Positions 13,247 to 26,105 are shown, counted from the stretch's first letter. The stretch is DNA of 64,000 bases from Chiloscyllium plagiosum (GCF_004010195.1 NC_057729.1:37456999-37520998); one strand, 5' to 3'. Notes: generated by a model not told the origin, from the letters alone. Numbers and translations: made by a program.

Positions 13247-13639
13247 CTACATCATCTTTCCTCACCCAGGACAACATTTCAGTGTGGACTAAATAGTCTG
13301 CTTCCACACTGTAGTGAATCTATGATTCTATGATATGATCTGGAATGTATGATTGGAAGTATGGTGAAAATGGATTTGACAATAATGTACAAAATTTGCA
13401 AATTCTCTGGTGTAAGCTTCAAATATTATTTCCATTTCTGCTGTATTGTTCATGTTCATCTGTAGGGAACCTGTTGGACCATTTCCTGCTGTGTATCAGA
13501 GAAATAGAACATAGAACAGTACGCCACAGGGACAGGCTTTTCACCTACCATGTCTATGCCATTCTAAACTAATCGTATCTGCCTGCATATAATCCACATC
13601 CCTCTGTGCCCCGTCTCTTCAAGTGTCTTTCTCAAATCA

Positions 13640-15470
13640 TTCCAGAGACTGCCTCCATTCCACTAATTGAAAGTCACTTTAATGTTTTGATTACTTTTTC
13701 TATAAATTATAAATTGTAAATTGCTCATGACTGATTAGTCGTAAAAGTTTGATTTTTTTAACTAGTACGTTTATGCTTGTTGTCATTTTGTTTGATCATG
13801 CGGTTTATATATTTCATTTCATTCAATGTATTATCTACCTCTATAAACATTTTATCTTACAAATGTTTCCTTCTAAAGCTGAAAGTCTCAAGGTGCCCCA
13901 ATGCTTTCAATGATGTGTCTTTGCATTCTCATTTCCATAGGACTTGAATGTCTCCTTTATGTATCAGTGACCAGACAACATTGAAAGTTTGCCCGAGCAT
14001 GATAAGGTTTGATCTTAATTTCCACAAACTTGTACTGTTGGGCTTTGCAGTTTAGATTCTACTCTTTTGTTAATTGCCCAGTGACTCGTGGACTCTCAGA
14101 TTTTTAAAAATATGCATTTTTCGATGTTTGTCCTGCCTGGTACAAATTACTACTCTTGATTAATTGTGCTTGACAAGACACCCAGCCAATTTAAATGGCC
14201 CCCCTCTGCCTCCTTGGTAATGCTGGATTCTGGGACTTCAATTACATAAATGTTTGCAGATGGTATATTTTCACAATCAGCATTTCTTTTGAATAAATTC
14301 ATCATATCAGGTTGTATTCAATAACCTTTGTCAGTGCAAATGAAAACTCCCTGAGATAACAATGCCTGTTCTGTTGGTAGATCAGCTCTCTGTCAGATTT
14401 CCTCATACAGAAGGAATATTGAAATATTGAAAGGTTTGGGTCATGGTCACCAACTTCCCTGTTTTCTCTTTGAAGAATACTTTGAATTGTCTATTCACAT
14501 GATTATAAGGATATATTTTGGAATTTTTCTACTGTGGCAATGTTGTGATATTTAACAAGGGAATAAATTCTGGACTAAATTAAAAGGTCACATTCATATG
14601 ACTTGATTAATAATGCCATAATCCTAAAAATACCTTCTCTTATTCAGAAACCGTCAAACACCTAGGCTTCTGCAACTGATCTCAGTAACTGTAAGCTAGT
14701 TGATTTGAAACGATCAGAGAGAAAAATATAGGAGAATGTTACTGTGGCATACAGAAGCATTTATTACTGTTGAACACATGAACAGTTGAAATATCTCATC
14801 TACTATGTTCCTTTAACTTACCAGCTAGACAATTCAGGAATTCTCAGCCTTCAGTTTCTTCTCTCAATGCAAAAGTTTCAAACGCCTTCTCTAGATTACC
14901 AAAAGAATTGACCTTTTACACTTTTCCAATCTTTTTCAGTTACTCCCACAAGATTGCAAGGTAACAACAGATGAGAGAAGCCATCTTAATTCATACATCT
15001 GTCATACTTTCAGGTCTTTCTACTATTGTTTCGTAACTATTCCAGAGTTTGTCTCCATTCAATGAATCGGTAGTCAATTTGATGTTTTGATTAGTTCTTC
15101 TGTAAATTATAATTTATTCATGATGATTTCAGTCTTTTTATTTATTTTACCAGTGTGCTTATGCTTGTCCTACACTTGCTATTTAGTTGAATCATGTGGT
15201 TTACATTTTCCATTTCATTCAAAAACTATCTACCATCATAAACTATCCACCTTTTAAACACTTCCTTTCAAGGCTCAAAATCTCAAGTTGCTCCAATGCT
15301 CACGGTATTGACCATAGGACTTAAATGTCTCTTTCATATCTCAATGACCGGACTATATTGAAGCTGTGATTGGCCAGAGCATGATAAAGTTTGATCATAA
15401 TTTTCACAAACTTGTATTGTTGGGCTATTCGCATTACTATTGGTATTCTACTGGTTTTGTTCATTGCTGC
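13640..15470. repeat. Old diverged direct duplication (~430 bp; 13640-14080 and 15040-15470)
   Basis: Collinear shared blocks in both copies, e.g. CCATAGGACTTRAATGTCTC, GAGCATGATAARGTTTGATC, CACAAACTTGTAYTGTTGGGCT. Confidence 0.75.
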
Positions 15471-15884
15471 TTAGCATGATTGAACAGGTTGCAATTTGAG
15501 ATTATTTTGTGACCTACTCCTTACCTGTTGCAACTTTTTAAATAGCTGTTTTAGCACCATTCATGGGATTTGTGAAATGAATTTTTCCATCCTATGTAGA
15601 ATACATTTGTCTCAGTTAAATTATATTCATCATTGTACTGCACATATTCTTCCACTCCTGGAAACCCTGGCTGATATTAGGTGCAACATTATTGATGATG
15701 ATAGCCCTCATTGTTTTGCTCCAATGGTTATTTTTCACAAATGAACATTGGTAGAGACTGTTTATCTCATTATTCTATACTTATTTAGTTTTGCTTTATT
15801 TCAGATGGCATCTTTTAATTTACTTTCACTAAGAGCCCTTTCAATTTTTATCTCTCCCAGGTATTTTGATCTATTTGTTACTTT

Positions 15885-16600
15885 TTTTTATTAATTCATG
15901 GGATATGAATGATATTGGCAATACTAGAGTTGTTTGTCCATCCCTAATTGCCTTGAGAAGGTGAAAAAGAAACCTGGTTATTGAACTAACACAACCCAAG
16001 CAATAAAAATACAACAACTATTCCATTAGGTTAGTTTAAGAAGTTCCAAGATTTTGACTGAATATGATGAGTGAAGGGTGATATACAGGCAGGATGTTGC
16101 ATGACTTGAAGGGGAACTTATGGGTGATGGTACTTCCTGCTGCCTTTGTTTTTTTTTGGATAGTAGAAATAACAGATTTTGAAAGTATTATTAAAACATC
16201 TTGGCAAGTTGCTGCAGTGTACCTTATACAACATTGGCAGAGGGTGTAAATGTTTAAAATAATAGATGAACTGCCAATCAACCAGCCATTGAATTTCATG
16301 AATATTGTTGAAACTGCAGTAATCCGTGGAGATTATCCCATCACAATACTGACTTGTGTAACGTAGATGGCGGAAAAGCCAAGGGAAGTCAAGGTGAATC
16401 ACTCTTTGCAGAATACTTAGCTGCTGATAATATTTATGTGGCTGGTCCAGCTATGGTTGTGATGATCCACAAGATGTTGATGGCAGGATATCACCAAAGG
16501 TGATAGCATTCATTATTAACAGGAGGCAGTTAGACTCCCTCTTGTTAAAGACTGTCATTGTCTGGAACTTGAATAGCACAAATGTTACTTCTCATTCACT
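15885..16600 (-). mobile_element. 3' fragment of the second LINE family (same family as 18448-22402)
   Basis: Shares the tail (ATTCATGGGAT...CCATCCCTAATTGCCTTGAGAAG) and RT C-terminal sequence with 18448-19200. Confidence 0.7.
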
Positions 16601-17999
16601 AAGCAATGCATTGTTTCAGTAAGTGGTTCTATTAATATCATATATTTTCCACAGTTGTTTTGTTACACTTAGGTTGTCTCATTGGCAAATGTTTCACATT
16701 AAAAGTCTTCTTTTTAAATCTATTGCTGCTTTTGAAGAAAATATTTAAAGTTCCTGATTATTTTTCTCTTTCATGGTTTCCTACTTTATTACCTGGAAGC
16801 CAACATTTTGGACTGCTCTGCAGATGAGAATTGAACTTCTTTCTAAAAGTCACTTGATCATTCTTTTTGTTTCAGTGGCAGATTTGTGGGGAGAATTGTC
16901 CCATCATTATACACTAATTATGTCCTTATTACTACCACAGTTGAATTCCCATCCATCAATTCAGCAGCAACAATGGGTTAGAAATGATATATTTAATAAT
17001 AGTCAAAGAAATCTCCTAGCCTCTTGTAATACCTCAGGCAATATTTTAATTAGTTGCATTTGTGTGCCTAATGTTGATGATATTCTTAAAAGATTTTTAA
17101 AAAGAAAAATTACAACAAGCATGCTAAATTTTGCCATGCTCCACTCTGCTGAATTTTAATTGGTTTTCGGAGGGCCCTGCATTAATTCTGTCAAAATTGA
17201 CTACACATATGCTCACGTTCGTGACATAAGTATGTTGAAAGAAGCTAATGTGATTTAAATGGGTTAAACCCATGGTCTGAGAATAAAAAATGTAATTCTT
17301 TTGTCACAAAAACAGACATTTAAACATCTATAAAAAATCCTTCACCTGTTCTTTTTCATTATTAAAAACCATTTTCAGGATGGCAAGACAATAAAATACT
17401 GCTCATTCCCAGTAGCCCTGAGAGGATAGTGATGGTCTTCTCGTTTGAAGGATGTTTCCTTATTGAAATTCACATTCCATGTTAATGATTCTCCCTTTAA
17501 TACATGGCTTACAAATGTTCAGGATTTTGAATTTGCAGTGATCGAGAAATGGCAACATAGGTCCAAGTACAGGGGATGTGTGATGTAGGGACCTTATAGT
17601 TGATAGTGTTCTTCTAATCTTGCTGATCTTCTTGATTTTACAGAGTGTGAGATACGTAGTATATCCTATGGATAATATAAAGAAATATTTCTGCTGTGAT
17701 GCTTAGTTGTCACAAGAGAATTTTCAGATGGTCCTCAAATTCAGTGACACAGACAGTGACCCAACTGAAATATTCAACTTGCTCAACTGAGATCTTCAGG
17801 ACATTTGTTTTGTGTAAATCAGTGCTTTTACTACAACTTCCTCAACCTATCACAAACTAATATCATGACAAGTGAGGACTGACCCATTTACAACATTTCA
17901 GTGATGGAAAAAAAGTTTCTGATATTCTTTTGATCATCCTCATCATTAATTTTTTTTTTGTTCCCTGGTCACATTTGAGATGTCACAGAATCTGGCTTG

Positions 18000-18312
18000 T
18001 GGGCGGCACGGTGGCACAGTGGTTAGCACTGCTGCCTCACAGCGCCAGAGACCCGGGTTCAATTCCCGCCTCAGGCAACTGACTGTGCGGAGTTTGCACA
18101 TTCTCCCCGTGTCTGCGTGGGTTTGCTCCGGTTTCCTCCCACAGTCACAAAGATGTGCAGGTCAGGTGAATTGGCCATGCTAAATTGCCCGTAGTGTTAG
18201 GTAAGGGGTTAATGTAGGGGTATGGGTGGGTTGCGCTTCGGCGGGGCGGTGTGGACTTGTTGGGCCGAAGGGCCTGTTTCCACACTGTAATGTAATGTAA
18301 TCTAATCTAATC
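18000..18312 (+). mobile_element. HE1-type V-SINE, full length, young
   Basis: A-box TGGCACAGTGG, B-box GGTTCAATTCC, V-domain, (AATCT)n tail; nearly identical to 627-933 and 22438-22713. Confidence 0.92.
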
Positions 18313-19952
18313 TGAACTTGATGTTAAAGACTTTCAGGGGAAACTCCCTGCCAACTGGCACCTCTGCTGCACCTAGCAGTATCAATGGGAGATGACATAT
18401 TTTGGATACAGATGCAGGACATGTAGTCCCTCACTAATTTGAAGGACATTTTCACATTCACTCATGGGATTTGGCTGACCACTACTTATTTGCCATCCCT
18501 AGCTGCCCTTGAGAAAATGGTAGTGAGCTGTCTTTTTGAACTATTGCAGTCCATGTGTCGTAGGTTGACTCACAATGCCCTTAGGGAGGGAATTCCAGAT
18601 TTAGACCCAGTGATAGTGAAAGAACAGTGATATATTTCCTCAGGATGGTGAATGTCTTGGAGAGGAAGTTGCAGGTGTTCCCAAATATCTACTGCCCTTG
18701 TCATTCTCAACTGAAATAGTCATGGATTTGGAAGTTGCTCAGGATCTTTGGTGAATTTTTGCAGTGCATCTTGCAGATACTTCACACTGCTGCTACTGAG
18801 CATCGGTGATGAAGGGAATGGATGCTTGTGGATGTGGTGGCGATCAAGTGGGCTGCTTTGGTTTGGACGATATCAAGCTTCTCAAATGTTGTTGGAGCTG
18901 TTCCCATCCAAGCATGTGGAGAGTATTGCATCACACTCTCTTGCGGCTTGTTGACGGTGGACAGGCTTTAGGAAGTCACGTGGGGAGTTATTCCCTGCAA
19001 TATTCCTAGCTCCTGACCTGACCTTCTAGGCAATGTATTTAAATGGTAAGTTGAGTTGAGCTTCTGGTCAGTGGTAACCCCCAGGATGTTGATTAAGGGG
19101 GAATTCAGTAATGGCAACAGCATTAAATGTCAAGGAGCAGTGGTTAAATTGTCTCTTATTGAAGATGGTCATTGCATGGAATTTGTGTGGCATAAGTGTT
19201 ACTCCCAATCTGTCAGCCCAAACCTGAATATTATCCAGATCTGGTGAATTTGAACATGGTCTGTTCCAACATCTGAGTCATGAATGGTGCTGAACATTAT
19301 TCAATCTACAGCCAATATCCCCATTTCCAGTTTTATGATGGAGGCAAGATCGTTGATGAAACAGCAGATGATGGTTGGCCTTCGGACACAATCCTGAGGA
19401 ACTTCTGCTATAGATGTCCTAGAGCCAAGATGGCTGTCCTGCAACAAGCACAACCATCAACCACTGATGTGTTGGGCTGTTTCATCATTGAGGATGGGGT
19501 ATTTGTAGAGCCTCTTCCCCAACCAGTTTAATTGTCCACCACCATTCATGACTGGATGTAGCAGGACTGCAGAGCTTAAGATCTGATCCTTTGGTGTGGG
19601 ATTACCTATCTCTGTTGATCACTTACTGCTTATACTGTTCGGCACGTGTAGACCTGCTTTATAGCTTCACCAGGTTGATATCTCATGTTGGGTGCCGCTC
19701 CTGGCATGCCCTCTGTACTCTTCATTGAATCAGGGTTGAACCACTGCCTCGATGGTAATGTTAGAGTGGGAGATATGCCAGGCTATGAGGTTACAGATCA
19801 TGTTGGAGTACCATTCTGCTGTTGCTGGTAGCCCAGAGTGCTTTATGAATGCCCAGTCTTGAGTTACTACATCTGTTCAAATTCTGTTCCATTTAGCACA
19901 TTGATAGTGCCATACTACGTAACAGAGGGTATTCTCAATTACAAGGTGGGAC

Positions 19953-20763
19953 TTGGGTGTTTACTATAGGCCCCCCAATAGCAGCAGAGATGTGGAGAAA
20001 CAGATTGGGAAACAGATTTTGGAAAGGTGCTGGGCTGAGGAGTGGCAGACGGCGTTCAACCCTGCCAAGACAAATAAGAATGAGGAATACAGGGTTAATG
20101 GTAGGGTTCTTAGTGAGGTGGAGGAACAGAGGGATCTTGGGGTCTATGTTATAGATCTTTGAAAGTTGCCACTCAGGTGGATAGAGCTTGTAAGAAGGCC
20201 TATGGTGTATTAGCGTTCATTAGCAGAGGGATTGAATTCAAGAGTCGTGAAGTGATGTTGCAACTGCACAGGACTTTGGTAAGGCCACATTTGGAGTACT
20301 GTGTGCAGTTCTGGTCACCTCACTTTAGGAAAGATGTGGAAGCTTTGGAAAGGGTGCAGAGAAGATTTACCAGGATGTTGCCTGGAATGGAGAATAAGTC
20401 GTACGAGGATAGGTTGAGAGTGATAGGCCTTTTCTCATTGGAACGGCGAAGGACTTGATAGAGGTTTATAAGATGATAAGAGGAATAGATATAGTAGACA
20501 GTCAGAAACTTTTTCCCCGGGTACAACAGAGTGTTACAAGGGGACATAAATTTAAGGTGAAGGGTGGAAGGTATAGGGGAGATGTCAGGGGTGGGTTCTT
20601 TACCCAGAGAGTGGTGGGGGCATGGAATGTGCTGCCTGTGGGAGTGGTAGAGTCAGAATCTTTGGTGACCTTTAAGCGGCAATAGGATAGGTACATGGAT
20701 GGGTGCTTAAGCTAGGACAAATGTTCTGTGCTGTATTGTACTATGTTCTATGTTCTATGTTCT
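19953..20763 (+). mobile_element. CR1 LINE with a large internal deletion, nested
   Basis: APE fragment GVYYRPPN is fused to the post-RT segment WAEEWQ...LVRPHLEYCVQFWSP; (CTATGTT)n tail. Confidence 0.88.
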
Positions 20764-21252
20764 AAGTGCAGTAGTCACTCTGACTAATACTCTCATGGAC
20801 AGATGCATCTGCAGCGGGAAAATTGGTAAGGATTCCAGGGAAGCAGCTAGGTCCTTTAGAATCAGTGGCAGTGCTACAGAGCCACCCTTGGCATTAGACA
20901 TTGAAATCTCCCATCCTGAGTACATTCTGCTCCCTTGTCACCCATGGTTCAACATGGAAGAGAATTGATTCATCACAGAGTGAGGACAGTATTTGTTATT
21001 CAGCAGATTTCCTTGCCCATGATTAACCTGATGCCATGAGACTTCATGGGCTCCCAAGCTCATGTTGATGACTCCCAGGGCAGATCCTTCATGAGTGCAT
21101 ACCACTTTTCGGCCCCCTCTGCCGGATCTGTCCTATCAATTGGACAGGACATATCCAGGGATGGTATTAGTGGTGGCTAGGACATCGTCTGTAAGGCTTG
21201 ATTCAATGAGTATGAGTATGTCAGGCTGTTGCTTGACTAATCTGTGAGACAG

Positions 21253-21442
21253 TGAGAAAGTGAGGACTGCAGATGCTAGAGATCAGAGTTGAGTATGTGG
21301 TGCTGGAAAAAGCACAGCAGGTCAGGCAGCATCCAAGGAGCAGGAGAATCAGGAATGAGGTGATGAAGGCCTTATGCCTGAAACATTGATTCTCCTGCCC
21401 CTCGGATGCTGCCTGAACTGCTGTGTTTTTCTAGCACCACAC
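21253..21442. mobile_element. Fold-back PLE terminal-repeat insertion with decayed hammerhead core
   Basis: 14-bp TSD AATCTGTGAGACAG (21239-21252, 21443-21456); inverted arms; core TGATGAAGGCCTTATGCCTGAAACATT. Confidence 0.88.
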
Positions 21443-21873
21443 AATCTGTGAGACAGCTCTCCCAATTTTGGCACTAGCCCTTGACATTCATAAGGAGTAC
21501 TTCGCAAGTCAACAGGGCTGTTTTTGCTGTTGTCATTTCCAATGTTGACGCCAGGTGGTCCATCCAGTTTCATTTTATTTTATTGAGACTTAATAGCGAT
21601 TGGCACAACTGAGTTGCTTCCGAGGCCACTGCAGAGAACAGTTGAGGATATTGCTGGAGTTCCGGAGTCACATGCAAGCCAGACCTGGTGAAGATGGCAG
21701 ATCTCCTTCCCTGAACAACATTAGTGAGGCAGATGGGTTTTTCCTTCAATAATTGACAATGGTTTCCTAATCACCTAAAGATGCTTAATTCCAGATTTTT
21801 TAAAAAATTGAATCACAGCATCTTCTGTTGCTGGATTCAAACTCAGAACATCAGCTCAGATTCTAGATTAATA

Positions 21874-22380
21874 GAGTCATACAGTCAAACACTATGGAAA
21901 CAGACCCTTCTGCCCAACTCATCCATGCCGATCAGGTTTCCCAAACTGAACTAGTCACATTTGCCTACATTTGGCCCATATCCCTCGAAAGCTTTCCTAT
22001 CCATGTACGTGGACAAATGTCTCTTAAATGTTGTAATTATACCAGCCTCTACCACTTATTCCAGCTACTCTTTTCATATACGCATTACCCTCTGCATGAA
22101 AAAGTTGCCCCTCAGCTCCCTTTTAAATCTTTCCCCTTTCACCTTAAACTTATGTTCTCTAGCTTTGGACTCCCCTATCCTGGGTAAAAGAGCTTGGCTA
22201 TTCACTTTATCTATGCCCATGATATTATAAATTTCTATAAGGTCAACCCTCAACCGCCTATACTCCAGGGGAAAAAAGTCCTATCCTTTCCAGCATCTCC
22301 TTATAAATCAAACCCTCCTGTCCTGGTAACATCCTGGCAAAGCTTTTTTTCACCATTTCCCAAATAATAACATCCTTCTA
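21874..22380 (-). mobile_element. CR1 LINE 3' fragment
   Basis: Reverse complement of the CR1 3' end and tail (AGAGTCATACAGTC); inserted between the A and B boxes of the host element. Confidence 0.85.
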
Positions 22381-22437
22381 CACCACTTAGCCATCACCTG
22401 CCTGACAGGTTTGGGCCTTCACCTGAACCAGAGAATT

Positions 22438-22713
22438 GTGGGCGGCATGGTGGCACAGTTCCCGCCTCAGGCGACTGACTGTGTGGAGTTTGCACGTTCT
22501 CCCCGTGTCTGCGTGGGTTTCCTCCAGGTGCTCCGGTTTCCTCCCACAGTTCAAAGACGTGCAGGTTAGGTGAATTGGCCATGCTAAATTGCTCGCAGTG
22601 TTAGGTAAGGGGTAAATGTAGGGGTATGGGTGGGTTGCGCTTCGGCGGGGCGGTGTGGACTTGATGGGCCGAAGGGCCTGTTTCCACACTGTAAGTAATC
22701 TAATCTAATCTAA
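22438..22713 (+). mobile_element. HE1-type V-SINE with a deletion in the head
   Basis: V-domain and (AATCT)n tail nearly identical to the 18000 copy. Confidence 0.88.
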
Positions 22714-25377
22714 TTAGCTGGACCAAGGGAGATCCCAATGAGGGTCAATATAATCATATATCATATACACTTTAGTGTTTTGGTCAGTGACTGAAGTCCT
22801 GGTGAATCATTATAAGCCATCACAAATATCACAACTGATTGAAATAATGAATGATTTTCCAATTAGACACAATAAGTTGGACAAAGTAGAGCAAAAAGTA
22901 ATAAAGATAAAGATTGTTGCAGAGCCATTAGATGCCAGACTAGAAAGGTTAACAAAGAATGGCAAACTAAGAAAGAATAATCTGTACTTACTGATGTGTC
23001 TTTTACCTTGCCATTGAAATGTGACCTTTACCTTGAGACACCATCTTACAGCTACTTAAAGTAAAGAGATTGTACAAACAAAACTCATAACATGACATCC
23101 CCAAGGTAGATGATGGAGGAATTATATCAAAAATACATTTATTTTTCATTGTTTTGAAAGGTGTTTAAACTTAAGGTCTTCTTTAAGTCTATCTGTGTTG
23201 TTGGGTATACATAGTAAATTTTCCTGATGCTGGGATGTGTTTCATTTATAGCCCTTGATATTATCTGTCCTTCACTCAGGTGCCTCTGGAAGCCCTTGAC
23301 CAGCATTTTCTTCAGTGGATTTCACAGCCTCCAAGTTGATGAGCTGCCTATATCATCAATGTACAACCAAGGAGCAGGAGTAGGCAATTCAGTCTATCTT
23401 GCTGAATTGATTGTAATCTCAAATCTATATTACTGAATGTCCCCGATAGTCTTTCACTCCCTTGCATAATAGGATTCTACTTATCTCTACCTTAAAAATA
23501 TTCAAGGACCCTACTTCAATCATATTTTCAGGAATGAATTCCAAAGATTCACGACTCATTAAATGGAAAGATTTTAGCTATTCTCCGTCTTTAATGATCA
23601 AACCTTAATTTTAACAATGTAAATCGCACTTGCTTTTCTGTTCCACTGCTTCCCCTCCACCCAATACTGCAATCCACAAAACCATAGAGCCTTTTAATTC
23701 ATCTCTGAGTCATCCTGGAAAATGTGGCTGAGTGTCAGCAATTGTACCATCATGGAAATATGTTGAATGCAGCACACATACAATTCCAAGTAAATTATAT
23801 TAAATCAACACTCGGGAACCAAACATGCAGTTTACTATTTCACCTAATTTGATCTTGTTGGGAGGTGCTAATCAGAAACTTCATTGACCCAAAGTCATGT
23901 GTTGCATCTGGCATTTCAAACAGGAGTGCCTTATTTGTAGATTTAGAACCTATTTTCACTATTTCACCAAAATAATCCTCTTACACTAGTGAGGAATACA
24001 AAGAAATAAAGGAGTTCTTAGACACATCCACAAATATTGCCTTAATCAATATGTTCTAATATGCTTCATGTTGGACAAGTCAGAATACAGTACTGGGTCT
24101 AGTTCTGAATAATGAGAAGAGACATATAAATGACTAGAAGGTAAGAGAAATTTGGGAGGCTATAGTCGTGACTTAATCATGTTTACTGAGTTGAGATAAC
24201 AAGAAAGAGGAACCAAAGATAAATGAATTGATTTGGAATTAGTTGAATGCAGTGCACTGAAAGCTTGGAGGAACTGGTGGAGAAAATGGCTGTTCAAATA
24301 GTAAATCAACAGTGGGAAAGCCACTTAAAAAAGGAACAGATAATACACAGATGCAATAAATATTTACTATAAGTTCCTGAGAAAGAAAACAACAGGGTCT
24401 TCTTGAATGTGCACAGAGATTAAAACAAAAATTTGTTTTTGAAAGACTGTGAGAGATGAATAATATAGAAAGATATAATGAAACATTTGAAAGATCCAAA
24501 AGGATTAAACAGGCTGCTTGAAGAGATGAAGAGCAAGTATGAAACTTAGTTGTGCATTTAATTAACACGATTCGCTGGTACATTTGAAAAGTATATGATC
24601 ATCACAAACAAACATATATTTCAGAGACTTGCTAAATAAACAGGTTAAAATAAGCTATCATTACGAGATAAACTTAGATATCACTGCAATTAAAAAAATT
24701 AAATTTCATTCTAGTTGACAGGAGAGCCCCAATTTAGGAACCAAAAAAGTTACTAGTAGGTTTCAATTAGTTACCTATAATCCACAGGGAGATTTTATTT
24801 GAACCCAAATCATTCTTTTCCCATAAACCTAATGTTTTCAGCTGATGAATTCACAAAGCATTTTAATTTTGCCTTGCTGTGCACAGCGGTGATAGTGATG
24901 GGAAAACTATGCCATTTAACAGCATGCTGGATTAAGCAAATGTCTCTTGCTAAATCATTTTACATTAACAATTAATTCTGTGATACTAACCATCTCATCT
25001 ATATACATTCACTGAATTCTAATATAATCTTAGATCCACTCTGTCACATTGCCTTTAAAAAAAAATCACAAAAAAACAAGCTGTGCTGCAACAAAATTCT
25101 TTTCCCAATAATTCTTGCAGCTCTGCATATTAACTGAGGTTTAATGATTAGTTAACAAAGCTGTAAAATTCTGATAGTGTGAGGTCAATCAAAAAGGAAC
25201 TAGGTGAATTGACTTAAACAGAGAGCGATCATTATCCAGAATTTCAAAGATCGCGGGATTCAACTAGCATTTAACTGTAGGTAGAAGAGAAAGAGCAATT
25301 CATTGACTGTTGTTCAATGGTAAAGATTCTGAAGCTGGATGCCCTCATCACTGCTCAATTCCCTAAGCTTTGTTATA

Positions 25378-25495
25378 GACAAAAAAACCTGCAGATGCTG
25401 GAATCCAAAGTAGACAAGCAGGAGGTTGGAAGAACACAGCAAGCCAGGCAGCATCAGGAGGTGGAGAAGTCAACATTTTGGACATAACCCTTCTC
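25378..25495 (-). mobile_element. PLE terminal-repeat fragment
   Basis: CTGCAGATGCTGG...CACAGCAAGCCAGGCAGCATC motif shared with the other PLE ends. Confidence 0.65.
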
Positions 25496-25537
25496 ACTTC
25501 AGTTCCTAAGATTATGCAATGAGAAATAGGGGACACC

Positions 25538-26105
25538 TAAGAACATAAGAAATAAGAGCAGGTTTGGCCCCTCAAGCCTGATCTGCCTTTTAATAAGATC
25601 ACAACTAATCTAATTCTTTTCTTAATTCACTTTCCTGCCTATCGGTATAACGCTGATTCCCCAAAGATCAACCTAGCTGAGCTTTGAATATATTCAGCTA
25701 TATTTGTTAGTCTTTGAAGTTCAATACTTCAAAGAAGAATGGAGGCCAAATCATTAAATATGTTTAAGGCTAATGTAGATTGTCAAATAAGAGAGCTAAG
25801 AGTTATGGGGTTCAGGTAAGAAAGTGGAGCTAAGACCACAATCAGATTTGCCATTGTCTCACTGAATGATGGTGTAAAATCAATGGGCTGAATGACCTAC
25901 TCCTGCTCCTAACTCTTATGACCTTATGACTGAGCTTCCACTGCTCTCTTGGTTAGAGAATTCCAAAGATTAACCACCTTCATAGAGAAATTCCTTCCCT
26001 TCTCTGTGTTATCTGGGAGAACTTTCCCCAAAACTCTGCCTCCTAATTCTACATTCCCCTACATTCCCTCTCACTACCCAGGTTGTCAAGCTCTGACAAA
26101 ATCTA
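25538..26105. mobile_element. Old CR1 3'-end fragments (a plus copy at 25730-25928 inside a minus copy)
   Basis: GGGCTGAATGACCTACTCCTGCTCCT...CTTATG tail and its reverse complement TAAGAACATAAGAAATAAGAGCAG. Confidence 0.6.

Larger units (their letters stand above)
18448..22402 (-). mobile_element. Non-LTR retrotransposon (CR1/L2 group) with tRNA-like head and Deu-like domain directly upstream of APE-RT; decayed, with three nested insertions
   Basis: Minus strand order: A-box TGGCTAAGTGG (22383-22393), B-box AGTTTGAATCC (21833-21843), Deu-like core (~21600-21740), APE start GLVPKLGELSHRLVKQQPDILILIES, APE motif MGDFNV (~20900), RT C-terminal part (18750-19450), tail at 18448. Confidence 0.75.

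Noticed and set aside
18000-18075. tRNA gene-like A/B boxes
   Set aside because: Head of a SINE followed by the V-domain and a LINE tail, not a tRNA gene.
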